64,000 bases of DNA from Haliotis rubra (Eukaryota): positions 930,001-994,000 of the forward strand of contig NW_025766237.1 in NCBI RefSeq assembly GCF_003918875.1, read 5' to 3'. The notes beneath the pieces were generated by a model, which was not told the origin of the DNA, searched no databases, and was given only the letters and a program-made list of their open reading frames with translations. Made by a program: the position numbers and the translations under genes. Below, piece after piece: positions 1 to 23,059 of the stretch. The number at the start of each line of letters is the position of its first letter. Position 1 is the stretch's first letter.

Positions 1-1059
1 CTCTGTGTTATGATACGGAGACATTGTCATTGTGTGATGGTTATACCGTGTGTGGAGCTCTGACATTGTCTCTGTGTAATAATACGGAGACATTGTCTTT
101 GTGTGATGGTTACCTTGTGTGGAGCTCTGACATTGTCTTTGTGTGATGGTTATACCATGTGTGGAGCTCTGACATTGTGTCTGTGTAATGATACGGAGAC
201 ATTGTCTTTGTGTGATGGTTACCTTGTGTGGAGCTCTGACATTGTCTCTGTATGATGATACGGAGACATCGTCTTTGTGTGATGGTTATACCTTGTGTGG
301 AGCTCTGACATTGTCTCTGTGTAATTATACGGAGACATTGTCTTTGTGTGATGATTATACCTTGTGTGGAGCTCTGACATTGTGTCTGTGTTATGATACG
401 GAGACATTTTCATTGTGTGATGGTTATACCGTGTGTGGAGCTCTGACATTGTCTCTGTGTAATGATACGGAGACATTGTCTTTGTGTGATGGTTACCTTG
501 TGTGGAGCTCTGACATTGTCTCTGTATGATGATACGGAGACATCGTCTTTGTGTGATGGTTATACCTTGTGTGGAGCTCTGACATTGTCTCTGTGTAATT
601 ATACGGAGACATTGTCTTTGTGTGATGATTATACCTTGTGTGGAGCTCTGACATTGTCTCTGTGTTATGATACGGAGACGTTGTCAGTGTGTGATGGTTA
701 TACCGTGTCTGGAGCTCTGACATTGTCTGTGTGTAATGATACGGAGACATTGTCTTTGTGTGATGGTTATACCTTGTGTTGAGCTCTGACATTGTCTCTG
801 TGTAATTATACGGAGACATTGTCTTTGAGTGATGGTTATACCTTGTGTGTAGCTCTCACATTGTCTCTGTATGATGATACGGAGACACTGTGTGATGGTT
901 ACCTTGTGTGTAGCTCTCACATTGTCTCTGTATGATGATACGGAGACACTGTGTGATGGTTACCTTGTGTGTAGCTCTCACATTGTCTCTGTATGATGAT
1001 ACGGAGACACTGTATGATGGTTACCTTGTGTGTAGCTCTCACATTGTCTCTGTATGATG
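1..1059. repeat. 69-bp minisatellite array downstream of SQSTM1 copy A (truncated by window start)
   Basis: Tandem unit gagctctgacattgtctctgtgtaatgatacggagacattgtctttgtgtgatggttataccttgtgtg with 67-70 bp variants. It shortens to ~61-bp units near 850-1040. Confidence 0.97.
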
Positions 1060-2187
1060 AAGGTAATCACTGACTGCTAGACTGACACACATCTCACATT
1101 AAGAGTGTACTAACAAGGAGTTGGTTTTGGATGACTGAGAATGGGAACTGATCTGGGCCTAGTCCACTATATATTTTCAGAATGGTACTTTTACATGTGC
1201 AGGGTGGGAGATGTGGGTTGTTTGTTGATATTATTATTATTCCAGCAATATTATGGTGGGAGACACGAATCTACTACAGCTTTACTTCTGTACCCATGTC
1301 GAGAATAGAACTGACCTTGTGAACTTGTGTCATCACTTTACTAATATAGGCTAACCCATTCACTCACACAGGCGGTAATGTTATTAATACGTATACTTAA
1401 CTGAAATTGAAGTTCATACCAGGTCTGTATTGAAATGTGAGTAACGAACCACTGCATTCAACAACACAAATATTATTTGTGATAAGACAAATATTTATTG
1501 CATTTTATCAAAGTGAAAAACATAATGTCTGATGGTTATCGAGTACAAAACGGTTTCTATATACACATTATACAGGGTGTTACTCCATCTTCCATTTGTA
1601 CCAAAACAAAATAAGATCACTGACAGACATACAGATGTATTCTCTCCACTATTATATACAGAGATAGCAGATAGTCATGACATCAAGTCAAACCAGGTGA
1701 GCTTCATGTGCCTGGTTGTGACTAAAACACAACCTGTCTAGAACATATCCTGAACCTTCCCTACCAAGTCTGCATTCTCATCGCTTCCTGCATCTGTTCA
1801 GACCTTACTGACGACACAGATTTGTGAAGAGACGACAGAAATATTGAAAACATGTTTAACCACTCAAGGTAAAAATACACATCACTCATGCTTTGTGAAT
1901 CTGAATGATTAACTGAGTACAGTACAGTTCTGATTAATGAGGCTTTAGTGTAGTCCACTGACGGCAAGAAATCATAACATATCAGTAGGCAGTCACAGGT
2001 AGTTCTATATGTACAGCACTTGTGAGATTACATCACTATTAGGAATTAGGTATTCCTATCTATCACAAATATCACACTTTCAACAGTTCAAATCACACAC
2101 ATACTCCTATTAATCACTCATATCACTCTTACAACAGTTTATATCACACATGTATTCCCTTCTGTTGTGACCCTGCAGCCAATGCGT

Positions 2188-6797
<4,610 letters not shown>

Positions 6798-7507
6798 GAC
6801 AGCGGGTTTACTTTGGGAAATGCAGCGACGAAGTGTTGACGGCAGGCCTACACAGTAGTATTCAAGCAGACGATAAGGTGACAGTTGTTGTCAGTTGCGC
6901 TTCCGTGTGTTCAGCGTCGTATGGCGTTGTCAGCGGGATATATGCCCGCCTCACATCTACCCAGACTTTTATATAGACCAAGGCGCACTGACAATGTCAA
7001 AATTTATCAAAATTGCAAGTAACGCTGATTTAGATTTGTTCAAATGTTGGTTCACTACGCAGCTTCCGGCGGAACATAAACAAGATTTTCCTTTGTAATC
7101 GCTATAAATAGCTCCACCTAACAGTGAATCCTTCCCTGTGGATTGTAAAAGAACAGTCTAGATAAATTTCATCAGAAAATCAATTGAAATAAACGACTGA
7201 AGTAAACTGTTGGCTTATGTGTCATCCGGAAATACTGTTATTTATTTTACCGGAAACCTTTCATTGATAATGAACATCACGCGACAATTTCGTTTTACAA
7301 GTACTTAACGCGTACCTGTAACCAGAGACCGCATTCTTATTACACGGTCTCTGCTGTTCTACAGTGATTGTTTTATTATCCGACATTTTCCCATTTGATA
7401 AAACAGTTATGTGTATTTCAGAATACCACTCACCCCACCATCCAAAAGGAGACAGTTTATAAATTATGCCCTGGAATGGAATGATTTAAGGACTATGAGT
7501 GTTATGT

Positions 7508-7668
7508 NNNNNNNNNNNNNNNNNNNNNNNNNNNNNNNNNNNNNNNNNNNNNNNNNNNNNNNNNNNNNNNNNNNNNNNNNNNNNNNNNNNNNNNNNNNNN
7601 NNNNNNNNNNNNNNNNNNNNNNNNNNNNNNNNNNNNNNNNNNNNNNNNNNNNNNNNNNNNNNNNNNNN
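7508..7668. other. Assembly gap (161 N)
   Basis: Run of N between the two SQSTM1 units. Confidence 1.
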
Positions 7669-9366
7669 TTTTAGCAATGTTTTAGCAATATCACGGCGGG
7701 GAACACCAGAAATGGGCTTCACACATCGTACCCATGTGGGGAATGGAACCCGGGACTTAGGCGTGACCACTAGCTAGGCTACCCCACCGCTCCCTTGTTA
7801 TTATCTCCCTTGGACCACAGATTCCACTTCGGGTCTGATCAGATAACTCTGGATAGGTATAGGTTAAGGTGTAAGGTTATGGGGGATATATTTCTGTATG
7901 TCCTTGGAGGTGTTATGTCTCTGGGGTGTGGTACACGTAAGCATGGTGAAAACACCCGGTGTTTTTATTTGACTGTGCAGAACTGCGTTTCTCAGCGTGT
8001 CAGAATTATGTTTCCAATATCTACACGTTTCACCATTTGTAAAAGTCCGAGACGTGCATGTCCGAGACGCCATGTTATAACTAAGATACAATTCAAAGTG
8101 TCACTCTGAACTTACTCACTCACTCTGTTAACATCAAAATATATCCTCTTGTTGTTTCCGTCAGTTTCGGAGTTTTATGTAAATATCGGTGATATTTGAT
8201 TGATATATTTTGGCCTTGATTGGTTTTCAGCAGAACATGCTTGTCGTAAGAGGCGACTATCGGGTTCGGGCTACATGTCATCGTATCCCAATTGCATAGA
8301 TCGATGCTCATGCTGTTGATCACTGATTTACAGACCACCGTCATATCGTGGGAATGTTGCTGATTTAGGCGTTACACAACAAACAAACTAGTTATGGTTT
8401 GGATTCAAATGACTTAAAATAATACTGTTTGGTGAATGCATTATAATAAACAGGGACATATTCAATGGTTTGATCCCTGGATTGTCTGGCCCAGACTCGA
8501 TTGTTTACAGACCAAGTCTCACAGGTGAAATACGGCGAACTGCGGCCTGAATTGTACAGAGTTGCCAGAATATCCAGAATTGTACAATCGACTCGAGATT
8601 TCTTCCGGATGGTGAAAAAGTTTGGTCGATTGTTTCTTAACGAAAACTATAATATGGTTAATAATTATTATATGTGCATCACGTCATACTATGGGTGATC
8701 ATTCGATTTGTTGTTTATTGAAGACACGGGGGTTATCGATTATCCGGCGTATAATATACCATTAAAAACAGTCAAGGAGGAAAGAGATGATGAAGAGAAA
8801 TTAAGGGACAATGTGACAATTTATTCCATTCCTTTGGAAATGTTTCATCTCTCTCCATATATATTACTTTTTCTCATATGCATTGGCATTGGCTAGTGGT
8901 ATGCTCGCAAAATGGAATATCCCCTACTTTGTTTGAATGGTATGTTTCCATTACAATATGTAAAGAGTAATGGAATGGAGATAAAGGATGGTAATCTTTA
9001 TGCTCAGAGGGAAGAAATAAAACAATATGAGCGACGTTTGTGTAGCTACTAACACCGTTATTGATCAAGTGATGTACAATTATTGGGAGGAAGCCAGTGA
9101 TATGACAGACAGGAGAATAATGGGATTAAGATTGCTTGGTGATGAGTTGGTTGCAGGCAGTGGTAATGTAATACTTGTATATCCATAGAACACTCCTCGT
9201 TGTTCATCACACCAACATCTAAATGCCACTCAAACAAGTTAATCTTTAAGTACTCAAAAAGGCCAGTAGATGTTTAGGGAAGCTCGTTTTGATATTGCTG
9301 GCTGCCGTATCATCCCGGTACCTCAAGGGTCCAACCAGGAAGTCAGGATATCAACGTGTTGGAATA

Positions 9367-10960
9367 CTTTGTGTGATGGTTACCTTGTGTGGAGCTCTGA
9401 CATTGTTTCTGGTGTAATGATACGGAGACATTGTCTTTGTGTGATGGTTATACCTTGTGTGGAGCTCTGACATTGTCAATGTGTAATGATACGGAGACAT
9501 CGTCTCTGTGTGATGGTTACCTTGTGTGGAACCCTGACATTGTCTCTGTGTAATGATAGGGAGACATTGTCTTTGTGTGATGGTTACCTTGTGTGGAGCT
9601 CTGACATTGTCTCTGGGTAATGATACGGAGACATTGTCTTTGTGTGATGGTTATACCTTGTGTGGAGCTCTGACATTGTTTCTGGTGTAATGATACGGAG
9701 ACATTGTCTTTGTGTGATGGTTATACCTTGTGTGGAGCTGTGAAATTGTCTCTGTGTAATGATACGGAGACATTGTCTTTGTGTGATTGTTATACCTTGT
9801 GTGGAGCTCTGACATTGTGTCTGTGTAATGATACGGAGACATTGTCTTTGTGTGATGGTTATACCTTGTGTGGAGCTCTGACATTGTGTCTGTGTAATGA
9901 TACGGAGACATTGTCTTTGTGTGATGGTTACCTTGTGTGGAGCTCTGACATTGTCTCTGTGTAATGATACGTAGACATTGTCTTTGTGTGATGGTTATAC
10001 CTTGTGTGGAGCTGTGAAATTGTCTCTGTGTAATGATACGGAGACATTGTCTTTGTGTGATTGTTATACCTTGTGTGGAGCTCTGACATTGTGTCTGTGT
10101 AATGATACGGAGACATTGTCTTTGTGTGATGGTTATACCTTGTGTGGAGCTCTGACATTGTGTCTGTGTAATGATACGGAGACATTGTCTTTGTGTGATG
10201 GTTATACCTTGTGTGGAGCTCTTACATTGTGTCTGGCGTAATGATACGGAGACATTGTCTTTGTGTGATGGTTATACCTTGTGTGGAGCTCTGACATTGT
10301 GTCTGTGTAATGATACGGAGACATTGTCTTTGTGTGATGGTTATACCTTGTGTGGAGCTCTGACATTGTTTCTGGTGTAATGATACGGAGACATTGTCTT
10401 TGTGTGATGGTTATACCTTGTGTGGAGCTCTGACATTGTGTCTGTGTAATGATACGGAGACATTGTCTTTGTGTGATGGTTATACCTTGTGTGGAGCTCT
10501 GACATTGTCTCTGTGTAATGATACGTAGACATTGTCTTTGTGTGATGGTTATACCTTGTGTGGAGCTGTGAAATTGTCTCTGTGTAATGATACGGAGACA
10601 TTGTCTTTGTGTGATTGTTATACCTTGTGTGGAGCTCTGACATTGTGTCTGTGTAATGATACGGAGACATTGTCTTTGTGTGATGGTTATACCTTGTGTG
10701 GAGCTCTGACATTGTGTCTGTGTAATGATACGGAGACATTGTCTTTGTGTGATGGTTATACCTTGTGTGGAGCTCTTACATTGTGTCTGGCGTAATGATA
10801 CGGAGACATTGTCTTTGTGTGATGGTTATACCTTGTGTGGAGCTCTGACATTGTGTCTGTGTAATGATACGGAGACATTGTCTTTGTGTGATGGTTATAC
10901 CTTGTGTGGAGCTCTGACATTGTGTCTGTTTGATGATATGGAGACACTGGGTGATGAAGG
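9367..10960. repeat. 69-bp minisatellite array downstream of SQSTM1 copy B
   Basis: Same unit as 1-1059, ~23 copies. Ends in the same junction (gatgaaggtaatcactgactgctagact) as copy A. Confidence 0.97.
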
Positions 10961-11751
10961 TAATCACTGACTGCTAGACTGGCATACGTCTCACATTTAG
11001 AGTGTATTGACAAGGAGTTGGTTTTGGATGACTAACTGGGAATGGGAACTGATCTGGGCCTAGTCCACTATATATTTTCAGAATGCACTTTACTTCTGTA
11101 CCCATGTCGAGAATAGAACTGACCTTGTGAACTTAATTGTGTCATCAATAGGCTAACCCATTCACTCACACAGGCGGTAACGTCATTAATACGTATACTT
11201 AACTGAAATTGAAGTTCATACCAGGTCTGTATATAAATGTGAGTAACCAACCACTGCATTCAACAACACAAATATTATTTGTGATAAGACAAATATTTAT
11301 TGCATTTTATCAAAGTGAAAAATCTAATGTCTCATGGTTATCGAGTACAAAACGGTTTCTATATACAGATTATACAGGGTGTTACTCCATCTTCCATTTG
11401 TACCAAAACAAGATAAGATCACTGACAGACATGCAGCTGTATTCTCTCCACTATTATATACAGAGAGAGCAGAGAGTCATGACATCAAGTCAAACCAGGT
11501 GAGCTTCTTGTGTCTGAAACACAACCTGTCTAGAACATATCCTGAACTTCTCAATCAAGTCTGCATTCTCATCGCTTCCTGCATCTGTTCAAACCTTACT
11601 GACGACACTGATTTGTGAAGAGATGACAGAAATACTGAAAACATTTTTAACCACGTAAGGTAAAAATACACATCACTCATGCTTTGTGAATCCGTACAGC
11701 ACTTGTGAGATTGTACATCACTATTAGGAATTAGGTATTCCTATCTATAAA

Positions 11752-11940
11752 AAATATCACACTTTCAACAGTTCATATCCCATACATAACCTATATCAAT
11801 CAGGCATATCACACTTTCAGCAGTTCATATCCCATACATAACCTATATCAATCAGGCATATCACACTTTCAAGAGTTCATATCCCATACATAACCTATAT
11901 CAATCAGGCATATCACACTTTCAACAGTTTATATCACACA
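11752..11940. repeat. 52-bp tandem repeat (~3.5 copies) in copy B 3' UTR
   Basis: actttca..gttcatatcccatacataacctatatcaatcaggcatatcac recurs at 11761, 11813, 11865 and 11917. Copy A has only ~2 diverged units (2066-2150). Confidence 0.9.
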
Positions 11941-11977
11941 TGTATTTCCTTCTGTTGTGATCCTTCAGCCAATGAGT

Positions 11978-17065
<5,088 letters not shown>

Positions 17066-19682
17066 GACAGCGGGTTTACTTTGGGAAGTGCAGCGGCGAA
17101 GTGTTGACGGCAGGCGTACACAGTAGTATTCAAGCAGACGATAAGGTGACAGTTGTTGTCAGTTGCGCTTCCGTGTGTTCAGCGTCGTATGGCGTTGTCA
17201 GCGGGATATATGCCCGCCTCACATCTACCCAGACTTTTATATAGACCAAGGCGCACTGACAATGTCAAAATTTATCAAAATTGCAAGTAACGCTGATTTA
17301 GATTTGTTCAAATGTTGGTTCACTACGCAGCTTCCGGCGGAACATAAACAAGATTTTTGTTTGTAATCGCTATAAATAGCTCCACCTAACAGTGAATCCA
17401 TTCCTGTGGATTGTAAAAGAACAGTCTAGATGAATTTCATCAGAAAATCAATTACCCGTATTATACATTTCCAACATGTATTCATTTTACATTCAACATT
17501 AATTGATTGCACGTTTCCAACATTTATACATGATGCATTTCCAATATTTATTAATTTCATATTTAAACCTTCACTTCAAATAATATATATTTTCATTGGG
17601 TAAGGAATCGCATTTTTGTGTACGTGTCCTACAGATGTGTTTAGGTTCGAGTTGATGCGGGGCGTCAAAAAGTTGATTACAAGCCCTCCAAATCAGTTGA
17701 GACAAGATTGTCTAGTTCCCAGTGTAAGAACGATCATCTTGGATGAATGGAACATATCCTTGTGTATTCGAGCTGAATTCGACGTTCTGGTGATTTCGAC
17801 GATTGCATTGCACGCGTTATATCGGGGGAGTACGCGTGCGATCGGAGTGCACAAACAGTTTCACTGGTAGGGCGGGTGCCAAGTCGCTGTCGTGAGAAGT
17901 TTTATTGACAATGGAAATCGGGAAGTAAAGTTATGTAAAAAGCAAACAAACATCAATATTATTTACCCGAGATCGTTAATACCACTTACGATGCAAAATC
18001 AGTTCCCATTATAACAAAAAATATCAAGCGAAAATTCAGTTAGATCAGTCGTCTGCTGGTGACAGGCAACATATAAATAGGAAGCCACGTGATCACAACA
18101 CTCCCTTGCTGTGCGGAGCAAAAAGTATTGCTCATCGTCGAAAACCCATACAAAATACCCGGATGTTACCAGCGGCACAGTTTTGCCGATACGATTTCAT
18201 CAACGCTATTTTTGTAGGGAACACTTGATATTTTTGTGTGAAATAGATGAATATATCCTTTATCACTCGAGGTTAGTAAAATAAAAACTTTAGATGATAT
18301 TACAGATAAAAAATACGTTTTTGTCTTACATCGTCGAAAACCCCTGACACCGGGATAATATAGTCTCCCTGGCACAGTCAACTGAGGTCGGCTATGTGTA
18401 CGTTCATGATTTATGGCTTGGGGGTGATGGTAAGTTTTACGGAGAAGCATGTCCAAAATCAATGACCACGCCCTAGAACATGTGTACAAAATTGATGACC
18501 ACCCACCCCACTTAAAATCATTATACCCCACCTCCCCAACCCATATATTACATGAACGGTCCCTAATTGTGTACAAGTAAATATCGGCTTGGACAGACAA
18601 TGCCTGATAACCTAGTAAACAGTTTACTCAATGGTTTAACTTAAAATCACACAAAACACCCTTGTCAGAACATACACAAAGGGAGGTAATTGCGTCTGCT
18701 CAAGATCCTAACTCACAATCCTGTAACACAGGCCAATGTTTTGCTTCCATAGAGCCACGGTTGTTTTTTATATGTTTTTATATCTTAATCATTAACTGTC
18801 CCTTTTATGGTTTTGTGACGACCAGTTCTAACTCGGATGTTTCCTACTCACAGTTTTATGAAGAAATATTAACAGTCTATGGGTAATGTGGAGGATACGA
18901 ACCCTTCCATTATTTGAAGGAAATTTAATTTGCCACTAAAACGCCAAAAAATCCATATATATAAGAAGTCGCTTGTTAGTGAGTCAGTTGAGTTTTACGC
19001 CGCTTTTATTGACATTCCAGTAATATTATGAAATTACACCAAAAATGGGGTTCACACATTGTACACACAGGGAATCGAGCCGGGCATTCTGCGTCACGAA
19101 CGAACACTTTAACCACAAGGCCACCTGACCAATCTGTCTCACAGTCCCTGAACGTCATTATTTCCCATTCCGACCAGCCCTCCCTGCAATACTAAAGCTC
19201 TAAATGAAGCAAGTCTAGATTTCCTCAGGTTCTGAATCTCCCATATTACTGGTCTCGTTTTCATTTTAAAAGGAACTACATGTATTTGTTTCTATCAAAA
19301 TTATATTTATTCAGAGACTAAGCGTCTGTCTAGGACACTGGTCAGACAGACCTGTGACGACTGCTCCCGAGATCTCGAGCTTTGCTAACCTTTACCCAAC
19401 AACTAGGAGAAAGTAGCTTTAAAACTGTATGCCCATGGTACAATAACTCTGTCTTTAAAATGGCCACATCTGTATCAGAACGGGTTAGTGGCTACTGTTT
19501 ATGGAGGCGACATGTGATGTTTCTAAATAGTTATAAATTCCTCTGATTTTAAACACTTATAGTTAATGTATGTGTGCCGAGTTAAATTTAACCAGTCGTG
19601 ATATCCCAGCCCTTTAAACATGTGCATAAATTCATAAACAGTATGTCGTATACCCCATTATACCACAAAATATTAACCATAA

Positions 19683-20070
19683 GGCCACACTTTTTTATTA
19701 CTTTGTTTACGGATTCTTTACAGCAATATTCCTGTCGGTAGGTGGTAAGAAAAAAAAGTCTGTTTCCGATTTTTTCTTGATGGCAGTCAAAAGAAAGAGT
19801 AACCTCCCTTTACCTATCGTTTTGTTTCAGCATTTTCACTTAGTAACGTCAATTCGACGATTTTATTTGTTTCAATATTTGAAATTTTGTTTTGCAACGA
19901 TGCCAAATTCGTAAGAGAAAGTCGATTTCAATAAAGCGGATTTTAAAATCATTTATTTGGATTTTATTTAACGGCGGTATTTCAAAAATGGAAAATTTGA
20001 TTTTTTTTCCCACTTTAGCAAAAGTTGCGGTCTGTGGATCTGTAAACCAAGTAATAAAACAAGTGTGTCC
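19683..20070. mobile_element. PIF/Harbinger-like MITE
   Basis: Imperfect TIRs ggccacac..ttattactttgtttacggat / atctgtaaaccaagtaataa..gtgtgtcc, flanked by TAA on both sides. Confidence 0.7.
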
Positions 20071-20150
20071 TAAAGCTTGTGAATAACACTGACAACATGA
20101 TGAATGACTAAACTAAAAACATCCCGCTCTTCTTCTGGTGTGTTATAATA

Positions 20151-20477
20151 TACTCATGCCAATAATGGTTGTCACCCCCTTCAATTCCTTTAATTGGAGA
20201 GGGGTGTGGGGTGGGGGTGTGAGGTGTGTGTGGGATTGGGGTGGGGAGGGGAAGTCGCTTGTTAGTGAGTCAGTTGCGTTTTACGCCGCTTTTATTGATA
20301 TTCCAGTAATATTATGAAATTACACCAAAAATGGTGTTCACACATTGTACACATAGGGAATCGAACCGGGCATTCGGCGTGATGAACGAACGAACACTTT
20401 AACCACAAGGCCACCTGACCAATCTGTCTCACAGTCCCTGGGTGGGGAGGGGGTGACAACCATTATTGGCATGAGTA
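20151..20477. mobile_element. Tc1/mariner-like MITE carrying a 190-bp locally copied insert
   Basis: Perfect ~30-bp TIRs tactcatgccaataatggttgtcaccccct with TA on each side. Insert at 20251-20440. Confidence 0.8.
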
Positions 20478-20738
20478 TACTTTCCACGAAACCTGAGCAA
20501 TGCGGCTTATGCTACTTTCATAACTCATAAATTATTCCATTACCAAACTTGTAAATCATTTTTCAATTTCCTGAATTGATGTATGCTCTTTTTTCATACA
20601 TACGTGTATTGTGCCCAGTGCAGTGTATTCGAAACAGGTGTCACCAAGTCACGAAAACTTCCGCCCACTTATGAATTTTAACACACTTGATTCCACTGTA
20701 GGTTTAAGGTCTCTACAAGTGTGCCTCCTTATCAGGGA

Positions 20739-20983
20739 ACCCGTGAAGATCCGGGTTAGATTTGATCTTCAGTAACCAATGCTTGTCGTAAGAGGCGATC
20801 AACAAGATCGGGTGGTCAGGCTCGCTGACTTGGTTGACACATGTCATCGGTTCCCAATTGCGCAGATCGATGCTCATGCTGTTGATCACTGGATTGTCTG
20901 GTCCAGACTCGATTATTTACAGACCGCCGCCATATAGCTGGAATATTGCTGAGTGCGGCGTAAAACTCAATTCACTCACTCAC
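20739..20983 (+). mobile_element. Short retroposon family C (no recognisable tRNA head; shares its 3' tail with SINE A)
   Basis: acccgtgaagatccgggttaga...gctggaatattgctgagtgcggcgtaaaac-(ctca)n. Other copies or fragments at ~8220-8388, 21020-21150, 22137-22320, 41736-41980 (-), 44550-44710 and 63933-64000. Confidence 0.85.
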
Positions 20984-21499
20984 TTCTCATCCATGCACCA
21001 CACGCATACACCAACGTCGTATCCGAATTGCTTAGATCGATGCTGATGCTGTTGATCACTGGATTGTCTAGTGCAGATTCGATTATTTACAACCACCGCC
21101 ATATAGCTGGAATATTGCTGAGTGCGGCGTTGAACAACAAACCAACCAACCCTGTCAGGGTACGATGCCATACAATCGACCCAGTCACCAACAGGCCTGA
21201 CCACACCATCCATTAAGTTACCTTTAGGGGCGGTCGGGTAGCCTAATGGTTAAAGCGTCCGCTCGTCACGCTGTATACCCGGCTTCGATTCCCCACATGA
21301 GTACAATGTGTGAAGCCCATTTCTGGTGTTCCCCGCTGTTGTATTGCTGGAATATTGCTAAACGCGGCATTAAACCTTCTCGTTTAACGGCATCATACTG
21401 AAAACATTGTCAAAAGATATCGAAAATGATTGGAGCATTTCAGAAATGAAAGTTCCTACTAAATAGAACAACACCAATTTTTCTTCAGGATTTACTCAC

Positions 21500-21930
21500 A
21501 CCTGTAGTAAGCAACCGGACAAAACTATATGACTTAAGAAACTCCAATAATTTTAGCGAACCATGTACAAGACTGAGGTACTCAACATCATCTTTTATTC
21601 CATCAGCAGTTAAAATGTGGAATAATATTCCCTAAGCTATTAGAAATTGCGACTCTGTTGCATCATTTAAATTTTATATCTACGTGAAAGAAAAATGTGC
21701 ACCTTAATATTATTCATATGGAATAAAGGGGTTAAATGTTTTGCACACAAGATTAAGATATATGATGAGCACACTTAATTATCATATATTTAGAATAAAT
21801 TTAAAAAATGACGCATCATGTCAATGTGGCCATGGATGTGAGAATGTTTTCCATTACTTCCTTGAATGTCCATTGTATACTATTCAAAGACATAAGCTGT
21901 TACACTCTTTAGAAGATTACACTCTTTAGA
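21500..21930 (+). mobile_element. Degraded 3' end of a non-LTR retrotransposon ORF2 (CR1/L2-group style)
   Basis: Translates to YDLRN..SSFIPSAVKMWNNIP* and HTRLR..LNYHIFRINL..CQCG..ENVFHYFLECPLY, a C-terminal zinc-knuckle region typical of these LINEs. Contains stops and frameshifts. Confidence 0.75.
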
Positions 21931-22006
21931 TATGGGTGTCTGTCAATTTGGAGATAACCTACTACATATACGACTTTGTGCATAACATCTTCTTGTTTAT
22001 TGCACA

Positions 22007-22048
22007 GAGCAACGTTTCGGTGTAGATTCTTACACCTTCATCAAGCTA
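22007..22048 (-). ncRNA. Minimal hammerhead-ribozyme-like motif (Penelope pLTR type)
   Basis: Minus strand reads AGC-UUGAUGA-A-GGUGUA-agaauc-UACACC-GAAAC-GUU-GCU, followed by AATAAA. The core has U instead of C at position 3. Confidence 0.55.
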
Positions 22049-23059
22049 AAAGTGATACAACCAAGAAGTGAGAAGTATATACACACAGTAAGCTACGACA
22101 TTCAGCAGATTACAATTACCAACAGTAGCAGTGATTGTCGTAAGGGATCGGGTGGTCAGGCTCGCTAAATTAGGTGACACATGTCATCGTATCCCAACTG
22201 CGTAGATCGATGCTCATGCTGCTGATCACTGGATTGTCTGGTCCAGACTCGATTATTAACAGACCGCCGCCATATAGCTGGAATATTGCTGAGTGCGGCG
22301 TTAAACAACAAACCATCCAGCCAATATAGCAGCAAGTAATTGATAACAAGTGGCACATGATTGTGTGCAATGATTTTCAGCTGTGACTATAAACATCATC
22401 ATTATTGGTGGGTCATGACAAAACAGGCTTTTGTCGACTTTACACTTTTGTTTTACTTGGTATAGTGGTGGGTAAAGTCAGGGAGTTGGAAGAATGGCCA
22501 TTTTAAGCTTTGGTGGTCTTTAGTTTTCTCAATTTGCATTTAGGAGCCATTGCTTTAAGGAGAGACTATAAATATTATTCCATATGAATAATATTTAAGA
22601 TATTAATGAAAAAGGGGATTTGGGGTGATGTATTGTGTAGTTTTAACGGTTCTATGTACTGTAAAACGGACTTGTATAAATAATGTTGGTAAAGCGCGCG
22701 AGTGCACCTTCCGTCTCTGTCCACACACACACACACACAGCTATTTATTAGTGAGGGTGTAAACAGTTTCATTTTGAAATCCTTGTTCTAACACATAGTA
22801 TCACGAACAAATGTATGTCAAGGCAAATCTTTGTACTACGACATATACAGCCGCGATCGTTTCGGCGTATTCAAAATCAATTTATGGGTAAATATTTTGT
22901 GAGAAAGACATATCAACAACCTAGATCTAAATTTCATTTATTTCTTATCTATAAAGTTTACTTAACATCCATTAATGCTCATCGTAAGTTTGAAATGGAA
23001 AAATACGGGCAGCTACGAGGTAGTGAAACGGGCACCTGCACGAGTAATTTATGTATGGA

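Noticed and set aside
188-920. Cys-rich and His/Thr-rich repeat ORFs (also at 9651-11013)
   Set aside because: They are by-products of a 69-bp (23-codon) minisatellite, open on both strands and broken by 67/70-bp units.
6895-7098. Conserved 67-aa ORF upstream of both p62 copies
   Set aside because: It has a non-ATG start and no recognisable domain. Its identity simply reflects the duplicated promoter.
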